DNA of 64,000 nt from a virus: positions 32,001 through 96,000 of the IMG/VR virus record IMGVR_UViG_3300025012_000031; one strand, given 5' to 3'. Positions 19,769 to 29,229 of this stretch are shown here, in pieces. Position 1 is the first letter of the stretch. Each line of letters starts with the position of its first letter. Position numbers and translations under genes: made by a program. The notes under the pieces were generated by a model, which saw only the letters and a list, made by a program, of their open reading frames with translations, ran no database searches and was not told where the DNA came from.

Positions 19769-20079
19769 TAGCGCACCACCGATCCGCGGTTGGCATAGGC
19801 CGAACCCTTACCGTTGAGCCACTTGCTTGCCTGGCGCCGAGTAACTTTGACACCGGCAACTTCACATGCCGATTGGAACTGACCGTTTGTCTCAAAGAAC
19901 TTCTTTACGGTGATCTTGTGCGGACTCACGCGCTCTGCACCGGTGTGATACGAATTAACGCGTTCCCATTTGTTTCCACCGATGAGGCGGGCTTCGTTTG
20001 CCATCTGTTGATCTCCTTCTGTGTTGGGTTATTTGATTCTTGTATTATACAAGGATGAAGCACGAATGTCAATGTTTAT

Positions 20080-20472
20080 TTAATCTTCCCAGAGAAATTC
20101 GACATTGGGATATTTGGCGAGGACGCGGATTCCGTCTTTGATGATCGCCTCATAGATGCCGTATTTATTTGCCAATCCGCCGCCGAGGCGAGAGATGAGG
20201 AACGTCTTATCGGGTTCCGCAATAATTCTTGCGGTGATCTTTGATAATTCGCGCCCAAAAACCGCTTCGTAATTTTCTGGCCGATAATAAGCACGGTCAT
20301 CATGGGTTGGGAGAATCTTCGTTATGAATCCGATAGCCTGTTTATGGAACCGAAGGATTGCTGCACCACCACATCCTTTGCGGATGGTATTGTCTCCGAA
20401 GACAAAGTAACACTCCGGATTTTCGTCAAGATATTCCTTATCAATTTCTCTTTCCTGACTGGGTGTTGACAT
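20080..20472 (-). CDS. macro-domain-like phage protein
   Basis: FVFGDNTIRKGCGGAA and SRLGGGLA loops. Confidence 0.55.
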   Translation of the reverse strand: MSTPSQEREIDKEYLDENPECYFVFGDNTIRKGCGGAAILRFHKQAIGFITKILPTHDDRAYYRPENYEAVFGRELSKITARIIAEPDKTFLISRLGGGLANKYGIYEAIIKDGIRVLAKYPNVEFLWED

Positions 20473-20531
20473 CGCTTAATCCTTTTGAATTTGTATTGGG
20501 TGCTCTGACCACCCAAATCGTTGTCTGCTAA

Positions 20532-21257
20532 TTAAAGCAGGCTGTTTATAAGAATCCGATTCTTATGCGATTCTGATATTTTCTTCTTTGTTTCAACAGA
20601 GTGTGTTTTTCCTTTATGTGATTGGCTATTTTTCTGACAAAAATCTACCGAACGTTTTATACCTCTTAATGGTGATATTTGTCCCATAAGAGAATTACTA
20701 ATTTTTTCTCTTTGTTCATCGGAACAAGGAACCCCCTTGTTGTAACCACCCGTTAGCGATCCACCTCTTTTAGCGCCGATAATCAATGAATCGGTTCGTA
20801 AACGACCAAGAACCCATCCTTCCGACAAAAGTTTTTCCATTTCTATTCCTTTTGTCATACAAGAATTATTTCCATCATTTAACCAACGGCGATCTTTAGA
20901 TGCATCAGAACATTTTTGTCGTTTCTGATCTTTGCATGGTATTCGTCTAACGTGATTATTATCACCAAGCAATCGTTCCTTTATATATTTTTCTCTAACC
21001 CATTTATATGATCTGCTATTATACTTTCCAAATGATGTCATCATAAGTGCTGCATGTAACATTCCACCACCGTAGATCTTGGCTAATAAAAGATGACATA
21101 TTAAATGTTCTCTGAGAAACAGTTTTACGAGATTTTCTTTTTTATTAGACCCACCTAAGCTTCTTGGAACTATATGATGTATCTCACACATTTCCTGTTG
21201 TGTTGCTCTTTGTTTTGCATTAAGTATAATGTTATCATAAGCTTGTTGATAATTCAT
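20532..21257 (-). mobile_element. free-standing HNH homing endonuclease with NUMOD3 repeats
   Basis: EIHHIVPRSLGGSNKKENLV...EHLICH; HSVETKKKISESH; late promoter. Confidence 0.9.
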
Positions 21258-21316
21258 AATTTTAACTCCCACTTTATTTTTATTTATAAAGTGGGAGTTA
21301 AAATTGGTGCAGCGTG

Positions 21317-21433
21317 TTATCCGATCAAAGATAACATCCCGCAAGCAGCACCGGCTGCAATTTCGGCGTCGGTTGCCACGGCGAGGGCGAAATCAAAACC
21401 AGCTTCTTCCAATTGTTCCTGAATTGCTTCCAT
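21317..21433 (-). CDS. 38-aa peptide resembling RlmN/Cfr C-terminal methyl-carrier segment (not in ORF track)
   Basis: AAGGAGG RBS; MEAIQEQLEEAGFDFALAVATDAEIAAGAACGMLSLIG; AACGML versus RlmN AACGQL. Confidence 0.8.
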   Translation of the reverse strand: MEAIQEQLEEAGFDFALAVATDAEIAAGAACGMLSLIG

Positions 21434-21884
21434 CTTGGTACCTCCTTAACAACATACTTCATAGTTGACGGTGGCGGCGGGATTGGCTTCTTTGAATGCT
21501 TCAGCCAATAATTCTCTATCGTCTTCTTGATCAAAAGAAAATCTTTTACCATTCACAATGACGGCAAACCCATCGTAGTAATCTTCAATCTTGATATCCA
21601 TTTCTTTTCAACCTTTAAAATTGAATTTTAACAAAATCATCATCACATGTCAATACAAATTTACTCGGTGTAAACATTATTACCCATAAAAACAATACCG
21701 CCGATGAATACTGAGCAGGCAGCATCGCGCATCGCAATTTCTCCACCCTCAATTGAATACACTATCGCGCCGGCTATACGCACCGATTTATTCAAATGGC
21801 CCGTTGATAATATCTCTATGCTGTTATCAGTGAACCCATTTGCAATGAGAATAGAATTTGCGTCACTGATTAATTTGTCACTGA

Positions 21885-22328
21885 TCATTGGCCCAGTTTC
21901 CTTTTGAGAATTTCTCCAGCCACCTTCGCATCGTAATTTCCGTTGAGCTGACGCTTCAGTTCACCCATGATGCTTCCCATGTTCTTCATCGTCGGTTTCT
22001 CGAATGCCATGAGAATGATATCAATCGTCTGCTCAAGTTCGACACCAGAAACTTGGGCCGGGAGGAACGAGTTGATAATCTCGAGCTCTTTGTTTAACTT
22101 CAACAGAACGGATGTTCCGGGTAGCACAAGAGCAATCGTCTCTTCTGTAGAATTCTTGAACTTCTTGAGGGCGGAGAGAACATCTTCAAGTGTCACCTCC
22201 CGAACTTCGTTCTTTGCCCGCATATCGATGTCAGACTTCAATGTCGTTAAAAGATTTGATTTGATGACATCTCTAGCAATGCGAGCCATCATACGTTCTT
22301 TTTCAATCTGTGTATATAGTTCGATCAT
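21885..22328 (-). CDS. GatB/YqeY domain protein
   Basis: ELEIINSFLPAQ, MKNMGSIMGELK, YDAKVA. Confidence 0.85.
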   Translation of the reverse strand: MIELYTQIEKERMMARIARDVIKSNLLTTLKSDIDMRAKNEVREVTLEDVLSALKKFKNSTEETIALVLPGTSVLLKLNKELEIINSFLPAQVSGVELEQTIDIILMAFEKPTMKNMGSIMGELKRQLNGNYDAKVAGEILKRKLGQ

Positions 22329-22338
22329 TTTGTTCTCC

Positions 22339-23208
22339 TTAAAAGATAGCTTCTCCAACGAACCCATTGCGGAGTTGGTTGATGTCATAGACAAGGGTGT
22401 TCTCGCAAACATCAGACTTGCTGTGGTGGCGAGCATAAACCTTTGCGATATCCCCCCGTGAATTTGTCACAAGATAGTTAGCACAGCGGCATATATCATT
22501 TCCGCGACACCAATCTTTTGTCTTTACAAAATCCTGGAATCTGGTAAGGTCAAGGTCGGTGAATTTCACGCAGTTTTCTTTTGCATAATCGTTCACCGGC
22601 ATCAGTGTAACAAATCCGAAATCCATGATACCACGACTCATGAAGTGGGAGACATATTGTTGAACTCTCTCGGAGCTGTCAATGTAACCCAGGATGAGAT
22701 TGCAACTGAGATGGACCTTATTAAGATTCCCGTATTCAAAGATGTCGTCGATTTTATGCTTTGAATTGAAAACACAATTATTCAGAGAATCTTCATAATG
22801 ATGAACACTCATGGCAACACTATCAACCAAACTCACCGCATCGCCAAGAAGCTTCATGGCATCATACGATTGTGTATTGATAACTGTGTAGATATTTTTA
22901 TCATGCTGCTTGATGAATTCCAAACATCTTTTAATCGCTTCAACATGAAGCATCGGTTCGCCGCCGGTAAATGAGACTTTGTTTATTTTACATTGGGCGG
23001 CAATCATACAGAATGCATAGAAGAATTTGTAGAAATCAAAGGCCTTGGTTGCCACTCCGTGGAATGTACAGAATTCGCAATCACTAACACAGAAGTCAGT
23101 CATCCGAACGTAGATGTTAACCGCCGGCATTTCTTTCTTTTGACCCGGCTGACCATTAAGACCACAGAAGTCATTCGTTAGTTTGATCTCAACACCGCCG
23201 ATTTTCAT
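22339..23208 (-). CDS. radical SAM protein
   Basis: CVSDCEFC, SFTGGEP; extra C-terminal CRC...C. Confidence 0.9.
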   Translation of the reverse strand: MKIGGVEIKLTNDFCGLNGQPGQKKEMPAVNIYVRMTDFCVSDCEFCTFHGVATKAFDFYKFFYAFCMIAAQCKINKVSFTGGEPMLHVEAIKRCLEFIKQHDKNIYTVINTQSYDAMKLLGDAVSLVDSVAMSVHHYEDSLNNCVFNSKHKIDDIFEYGNLNKVHLSCNLILGYIDSSERVQQYVSHFMSRGIMDFGFVTLMPVNDYAKENCVKFTDLDLTRFQDFVKTKDWCRGNDICRCANYLVTNSRGDIAKVYARHHSKSDVCENTLVYDINQLRNGFVGEAIF

Positions 23209-23459
23209 TAGCACCGTCCATTCGAGGAAAGTACTTTGCTTGATCCGCTACATCCGTCGCTAAAAGTCGTGACCGATTTCTTTGCGCCGGGTGCCGAGGC
23301 ATCAGCGATCTGCTTCATTATTTCGTGGGCTGGCTTCGTGCACTCACCCTGAAGATACAACTCATTGAGCCGCGACTTGAAATCGGATACGGGCTTGCCT
23401 GCAGCAACAACCTTCTCGAGGCTTGCCATGAAAAATCGAATTTCTTCAAACAATGTCAT
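23208..23459 (-). CDS. 83-aa protein with Ser/Gly/Cys tail, coupled to radical SAM gene
   Basis: Ends TTFSDGCSGSSKVLSSNGRC; TAATG overlap. Confidence 0.7.
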   Translation of the reverse strand: MTLFEEIRFFMASLEKVVAAGKPVSDFKSRLNELYLQGECTKPAHEIMKQIADASAPGAKKSVTTFSDGCSGSSKVLSSNGRC

Positions 23460-23521
23460 ACGATGTTCCTTCCCTTGATGATACCTTCGCCCATGTTATT
23501 GGCAATAGAAATATCATTCAT
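23456..23521 (-). pseudogene. orphan duplicate of the C-terminus of radical SAM 24402..25202
   Basis: MNDISIANNMGEGIIKGRNIV aligns with ESDITRKNNIGPGIIKGNNLV. Confidence 0.8.
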
Positions 23522-24356
23522 TGTTATCAGTGATGCAAATATCATTAATGTATTCGCATTTCCAACCCTTGTAATTATCACGTTTTCCTTTAGCAACCGC
23601 CCCTAATAATTGCGGTGATTTAATATTATGTTCTATACAAAAATTATTAAAACCACCCCTAAAAATAAAAACCTCATTATTCGGCGAAATCACCTTCCAC
23701 CGATTTGCATGTGTTGCCTTATCTCCTGTTAATTTTTTGCGGGCCACACTTATTATTTTTCTTACTTCGGGTGTATGTGTTTTGCCGAAGAAAGGATGAT
23801 CTTCACCAGCCCTTTTACCTTTTCTACTTATTGAAATTTTTTCTAAAGATTGTTTTGAGTGCTTCTTTCCAAAGAAATGGTTATCTTTGCCCATCATACG
23901 TAGAGATCTTTCAAGACGTTCTATTAGAGGTCTCTTTGTTCCCATCTTTACGGCACGTTGCTTTTCTCTTGTGATTGGTCCTGGAATATTTCCTTCACCA
24001 CCACCCGTTAAGTTTGTTAACGGTCCAGTTTTTAAATCTAACCGCCCTATTATACTTATACATTGGCTCTCAAAACATAGAGCGGACTCATTTGTATTTT
24101 TTGGTATTATCAAAACATAAGGTTCTTTATCTTCTTTTAATATACGAACAATCTTATTGATCTTAAGATTGTTCCCATCATATATTTTTAATTTTTTAAT
24201 TCTTTTACGAGCATGTTTTAGATGACACATTGCTCGTCCGATTCCGCCACTACCCTTACCAACATAAATTGGTTCAAATAGGAAGCACAAATCAATTTCC
24301 GGATATTCATACTTTCCCGGGCATCTTGGGTCAAGATAAAAATAAGAATAAAACAT
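23514..24356 (-). mobile_element. GIY-YIG-like homing endonuclease with NUMOD3
   Basis: YFYLDPR...PIYVGKG, PLTNLTGGGEG, FFGKKHS; TATAAATA upstream. Confidence 0.88.
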
Positions 24357-24401
24357 GAGACCTCCACTGTTTTATTCTTATTTATAAAACTAACCCCAAT
24401 A

Positions 24402-25202
24402 CTAGACTAAATTGTTTCCTTTGATGATTCCGGGGCCAATGTTATTTTTTCTCGTGATATCAGATTCATTCACGGGTGAAAGTTTAATGAAGAAGTATTT
24501 TGGGTCAAAGTATTTCTTCAGCTTTTCAATGTCAAAATCCTTTTCATCGACGAGTGTCAGGTTTACAGTCGTCTTCTGATTTGATCTTGTGCGAATCTGG
24601 CCGAGCTCTTCAATGGTCATAAGGTTGTTGATAGGAATAAGTTCTTTGCGGCGGTCTTCGTCAAGGCTGTGTAGTGAAATCTGGAGGGTTGTGTTGCCCT
24701 CGATCCAAGAGAAGACACTACCACGAATACCTACCGTAGAGATGTAGTGATGTGTGTTCGGAATTGTTCCTGTGATCGCCTGCATCGCGAAACGAACATT
24801 CTCAAGATTGAGGAACGGTTCGCCCATGCGAGTCCAATTGATCTTGAACTCTTTTGCTTTTGTTGGGTCGGGCGGATAGATGTTCTCTGCATTCTGTTTG
24901 TCAAGAATAAACTTAACCTGCGACACCATTTCATAGGAAGTAAGATTGCGCCACCCATTGAGCTTTCCAGTTGCACAGAACTTACAACCAACGGGGCAAC
25001 CACTCATACAGGAGACACCCAGTAACCATCTTTCACTCCTATCACCCAAACAACAATCATCGAGTAGATTCTGTTTCCTCCCGATTGCATCCTTTGTATA
25101 AAATGGCAAGAACGTATCAGTGACCTCGACGGGGTACCCATCAGGTGTTGATAATGCATAAACAACACCGTTGGCAAATTCCCTTTTCCTAAGTTCTTTC
25201 AT
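24402..25202 (-). CDS. RlmN/Cfr-like radical SAM protein lacking the C-terminal AACGQL segment
   Basis: VSCMSGCPVGCKFCATG, RNLT..EMVSQV, MGEPFLN, ISTVG, LQISLHS..R..LIP. Confidence 0.88.
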   Translation of the reverse strand: MKELRKREFANGVVYALSTPDGYPVEVTDTFLPFYTKDAIGRKQNLLDDCCLGDRSERWLLGVSCMSGCPVGCKFCATGKLNGWRNLTSYEMVSQVKFILDKQNAENIYPPDPTKAKEFKINWTRMGEPFLNLENVRFAMQAITGTIPNTHHYISTVGIRGSVFSWIEGNTTLQISLHSLDEDRRKELIPINNLMTIEELGQIRTRSNQKTTVNLTLVDEKDFDIEKLKKYFDPKYFFIKLSPVNESDITRKNNIGPGIIKGNNLV

Positions 25203-25216
25203 TCCGTTTCTCCTCT

Positions 25217-25984
25217 TTATTGATTATAGTGATAAACCGTCCACCCGTTGCACCATTTGTCTTTTCTTTTATTACATGCAATCAATCTCATCGATTTATG
25301 ACTTAAATTATTATCAATACAGAATTTTCTAAATGCGCCGATAATAATAACTTCTTCGTTGTTCCTATTTTTAAAAACCCATTTTTTTGCTGATGGGTTT
25401 TTTTCACCAGTCATACTTAAAGAAACTCTTTGTTTTACATCGTCCCTTTTCAGAGGATTATTAGTTTTCATTAGGATTGATCGCCGTGTTCGTTCTTCGT
25501 CAGATATATTTGTTCTGTCTATGATTCCGGCGCAAATCAATTCCTTCATTTTGATAGATATCCGTGACTTCGATTCAGTAGTATGAAATGATTTTCCTTC
25601 TTTTGAATTGCTTATATTTTTCAGTGTTTCTTCTGTGTGTTTCTTTCCGAAGAACGGATTTCCATTTCCCATATATTTCAAAGATCGTCTTTTACGACTT
25701 TCTTCTGATATGAGTGTATTCCCACCTTCACCACCGTTTGTTAAATTATAACCGATGTTTTTATTATTTGCTTTTAACTTATCAATCCAAAAAATTTCTC
25801 TTTCGTTTAATTCTTTTTTTGATTCACATTTTTCTAAAGTTTCTTTATGAAAATTATCAGTGCCGTATTTTAATACCAATTTAGAAATAATAATACCGGA
25901 ACCGAAGTATCCTGGCCTATCAAGCGAATCTTGGCCTACATAAATTTTACCATTTCTTTTATCTGTTATTTTATAAATTATCAT
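25217..25984 (-). mobile_element. GIY-YIG (Seg-like) homing endonuclease
   Basis: IIYKIT..NGKIYVG, YFGSG, GYNLTNGGEG, NUMOD3. Confidence 0.92.
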
Positions 25985-26094
25985 GATTGTCCTCCTCTTT
26001 ATTTTTATTTATAAAGAGGAGGACAATCATACATAAAAGTTAGTTCAATAGCAAGAATGAGATTATATCAAAAAGTGATGATGATGTAAATAGA

Positions 26095-26139
26095 GAAAGC
26101 AAGGCGATAGAATTAAAATTCTATCGCCTTGCTTTCTTT
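26095..26139 (-). terminator. intrinsic terminator after riboswitch-controlled ORF
   Basis: AAAGCAAGGCGATAGAAT / ATTCTATCGCCTTGCTTT inverted repeat. Confidence 0.75.
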
Positions 26140-26157
26140 TGGATGTTGTCGTGGCGT

Positions 26158-26373
26158 TTATGCCGGGCAATATTCCTGGATCGAATCTTCCAGGGGGAAG
26201 AAGTAGAACCAACGGGAACAGCCGCCGTGAAGAGGAACTTCAACCTGAACGACGGAACCGTCTTCGTTTGCAGCAGCTTCAAAGCTCAAAGGTTCTTCGG
26301 CTTCTTTGTGCACGGTGCCAACGAAATGATTCTTGACTTTTTCGATTGCAGCTTTGACTTGTTCACGATTCAT
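26158..26373 (-). CDS. 71-aa hypothetical protein downstream of riboswitch
   Basis: AGGAGGT RBS; MNREQVKAAIEK...HGGCSRWFYFFPLEDSIQEYCPA. Confidence 0.75.
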   Translation of the reverse strand: MNREQVKAAIEKVKNHFVGTVHKEAEEPLSFEAAANEDGSVVQVEVPLHGGCSRWFYFFPLEDSIQEYCPA

Positions 26374-26425
26374 GCGAGTACTACCTCCTGTGGTTAAACG
26401 AAATTGGGCATTAAAAATCCCACCT

Positions 26426-26500
26426 TTCGGCGGCCCGGCTAACCCATTGGGTCCCGTGGCTCTGCGTCGCCGGATTGCTCCGGGTTTGCTATTATCGGTT
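26426..26500 (-). promoter_or_regulatory. GEMM-I (c-di-GMP-I fold) riboswitch, cGAMP-type signature
   Basis: CGATAATAGCAAACCCGGA-GCAA-TCCGGCGACGCAGAGCCACGG...AGCCGGGCCGCCG; A at the G20-equivalent position. Confidence 0.85.
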
Positions 26501-27533
26501 GCGAGTAACAATCAATTAATTTATGGACAGATATTAATACAAATTTAAAAGGATGTAAATAGAAAAATATCAAACTTTAGTTTTAATTCCATTAATTTTC
26601 GTTTAATATTTTAATATTATTAAAATTAAATAATCTTATTTTTATTGACATTTACGTGCAATTATATTACGCGTAGAAAGGCCTGTAATTTGGGCTATAT
26701 CAAACCATTGGGCAATATAAAAGGGTTCACCAGAATCGCCCTGGTGAACCCTAATATTCAAAAAATATTAATACTTTGGTTTGATATACTGAAGTTACTA
26801 TTTAGAAAACGTATTGATACCTCTATTCTCTATATGCCCAGCAAAGCGGCGCCACGGGCCATACGAATCTTCGCGGACATATAATCCTTAATCTTCGTCT
26901 CAATTCGCTGTTCGACGTCTTCAATGGATTTAGTTCTTTCAAAGATTTCTTGTTGGGTCGGAAGCTCCCGGATCAAGACATCAAAGACAGATTCTAACTC
27001 AACATTTGAAAGCCCTTTAAATTCGAGATTGAAATTCATAATCAGCCCTTATGATTGCCCGTATCGCAAAGACTGCTGTTTCTTTTTGCAGTGAGGGCAG
27101 ATGAAAAACTCCACATCGTCTACTTTAATCTCGACCTCAAGAGTTTCAACATCTTTCTCGTCTATGAAAACTTTACACTCGGGACATCTTAACTTTGCGT
27201 CTGTCATACAACCTCCTTGAGGTTACCCGCCTAAGGCAACCTCAAAATTGTCCGGATCAACCTTGAAGGTTAATTCGTAGGTAACAAAAGTAACATCAAC
27301 CCGGGTGCGACCGAATGCATCGCTACCCTCAACGACCATATTCTGTACAGCTTCAGGAAACCGCTCTTCGTTATTTTCAATGAACTCAACAACGGCCTCT
27401 AAACTCTTTGCATTAATTTCGATGGTGTCCATTGTCATTCTCCGTATTGGTTTATTATCATTTGATTTGATAATAAACCAAGTCAAATCAAATGTCAATA
27501 GAAAAAATGATTATTTTCTTGAGATGAAAAATA

Positions 27534-27568
27534 AAAAGGCCATGACAAATAATGTCATGGCCTTTTTG
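27534..27568 (-). terminator. terminator at distal end of tRNA transcript
   Basis: AAAAAGGCCATGACA / TGTCATGGCCTTTTT. Confidence 0.8.
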
Positions 27569-27569
27569 A

Positions 27570-27644
27570 TGGCAGGGATTTCCGGAATCGAACTGGATTC
27601 TCTAGGTTCAAAGCCCAGAGCGAAGCAACCAACTTCCAACCCCT
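27570..27644 (-). tRNA. tRNA-Gln(UUG)
   Basis: CTGGG-CTTTGAA-CCTAG; G73, CCA. Confidence 0.85.
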
Positions 27645-27967
27645 ATATTAAAACTGCTCGTTTGCTAAAACGAAATCAAGCAACTCGTTGATATTTGCAA
27701 ATTCTTTCACTTCAAATTTACCCACGGAGTTACCATCATTCAACAGAGTTGAAGAAGCGCATGGGATGCTGTCGCCAGTGGTGCCATAGACATTCGGTCT
27801 GTATGTGGTCGGAAACCCCGGTGGCCAAGGATATGTAATCGGCCCGACCACGGCCGTCTTTTCATTGATTTTACTGATGACCTCAATTACCTCGCCAACT
27901 GATCCTTCGATATCGTATGTTACACCATCTTTTTCGATTTTTACTTTGAGCATTCTTTTCTCCTCTT

Positions 27968-28180
27968 TCAAAAGTCGACCATTATAACGGCCGGTTCACG
28001 ATAATGACTTAACCCATATCGGTCTAATTCAGTTTCAACAAGCTTCATCATCTGCTCACTATGTCCGGTGATAATTTCAAGGCGGGCACCATAATCGGCC
28101 CAATGATCTTCAACGAACCTCTTTACCGTGTTATGAACATCTTCATGCTTAACACCATGCAAGTCAAGTTTGTCTGACAT
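27968..28180 (-). CDS. Smr-domain protein
   Basis: LDLHG...IITG. Confidence 0.8.
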   Translation of the reverse strand: MSDKLDLHGVKHEDVHNTVKRFVEDHWADYGARLEIITGHSEQMMKLVETELDRYGLSHYREPAVIMVDF

Positions 28181-28194
28181 TCATTTCTCCTGAG

Positions 28195-28266
28195 AGCCCA
28201 CACGGGGAATCGAACCCACGGTCTCATCCTTACCAAGGATTTAATCTACCATTGAAATATGCGGGC
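28195..28266 (-). tRNA. tRNA-Thr(GGU)
   Basis: Cloverleaf, loop TTGGTAA. Confidence 0.85.
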
Positions 28267-28280
28267 GTGTTTTTTTTGAT

Positions 28281-28357
28281 TGGAGCCCCGGGCCGGAAAT
28301 GATCCGACTTCTCCTGCTTACAAGACAGGACATCATCCAGTTAAATGTTTCAGGGGC
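28281..28357 (-). tRNA. tRNA-Thr(UGU)
   Basis: CCTGT-CTTGTAA-GCAGG; atypical T loop; CCA. Confidence 0.8.
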
Positions 28358-28699
28358 ATAATGTTTTGATGTTAAACTAAACCCAATTTGGGTTCATAGA
28401 TGACACCGTTATTTAAAGCAACGAAATCTTTCTTAACAACGGTCATCATACTAAGAATGTCTGCTTCCCAATATTCCCGATGTTCGAGCTTCCACCAATG
28501 ATAACGAATACACGAAACATCATGTGCTGGGTAACCATGACCCGGATTGGTACGACTTCTTTCATCGCCTTCGATATGAATTGAATCGAAGATAATGATA
28601 GCAAGATGATGTTCTTTTGGAAACTCCGATTTCCTCGAGACAATATGTCTTGCATTAAACGATGTAATCTTATCACTCATTATTTATTTCCTTTATCAG

Positions 28700-28775
28700 T
28701 GGAGCCCATGCCCGGCCTTGAACCGAGGACTTTGGATTACGAAACCAACGTTTTACCAACTAGAACTACACGGGC
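28700..28775 (-). tRNA. tRNA-Thr(CGU)
   Basis: Loop TTCGTAA; CCA. Confidence 0.88.
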
Positions 28776-28784
28776 ATTACTAAG

Positions 28785-28854
28785 ATGCAGGACTTGGAGT
28801 CGAACCAAGAAAACTGAGCTTATGAGACTCAGCAGAGGACCGCCGCTTCCTGCA
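28785..28854 (-). tRNA. tRNA-Met/Ile2(CAU), short D arm
   Basis: TGAGT-CTCATAA-GCTCA. Confidence 0.75.
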
Positions 28855-29143
28855 ATGAAATCAAATTTATGTTCTCCCAAATTCGTCTGCTAGTCAGTGG
28901 GAACCAAAAGAAATGTTGCAACACTATAATTTGGAGGGCAAAATCTTCGCTGAATTAATCAGTTCCCGATTTCGGTGTGAAGGGTTACCGCAAGACGATC
29001 CGTTCCTTCTTAATGGGTTCACCAAACTCCCTAAACATAAATTTTAAAATATTCCCTAGGTCCGCATTAAGGTCTGTGACTGCTCAATAGAACCGCCCTT
29101 AGGTTCTAGCATCGGACTTTAGCCACTATTCAGGAATTCATTT

Positions 29144-29219
29144 GCCCGGAGAGGCAGGAATCGAACCTACGATTTTACCATCTTCCTTTAATCTGCGCAG
29201 ATTAAAGCTATCACCCGGA
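29144..29219 (-). ncRNA. tRNA-like RNA lacking an anticodon arm
   Basis: T arm GTAGG-TTCGATT-CCTGC, closing CCGG stem, one long hairpin CTTTAATCTG/CAGATTAAAG. Confidence 0.55.
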
Positions 29220-29229
29220 TAATGTTTTA

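Noticed and set aside
24402-25202. Ordinary RlmN or Cfr resistance gene
   Set aside because: Lacks the in-chain AACGQL cysteine and the usual resolving Cys; no gene symbol assigned
26158-26511. 117-aa version of the ORF
   Set aside because: Extension runs through the riboswitch; strong RBS supports the start at 26373
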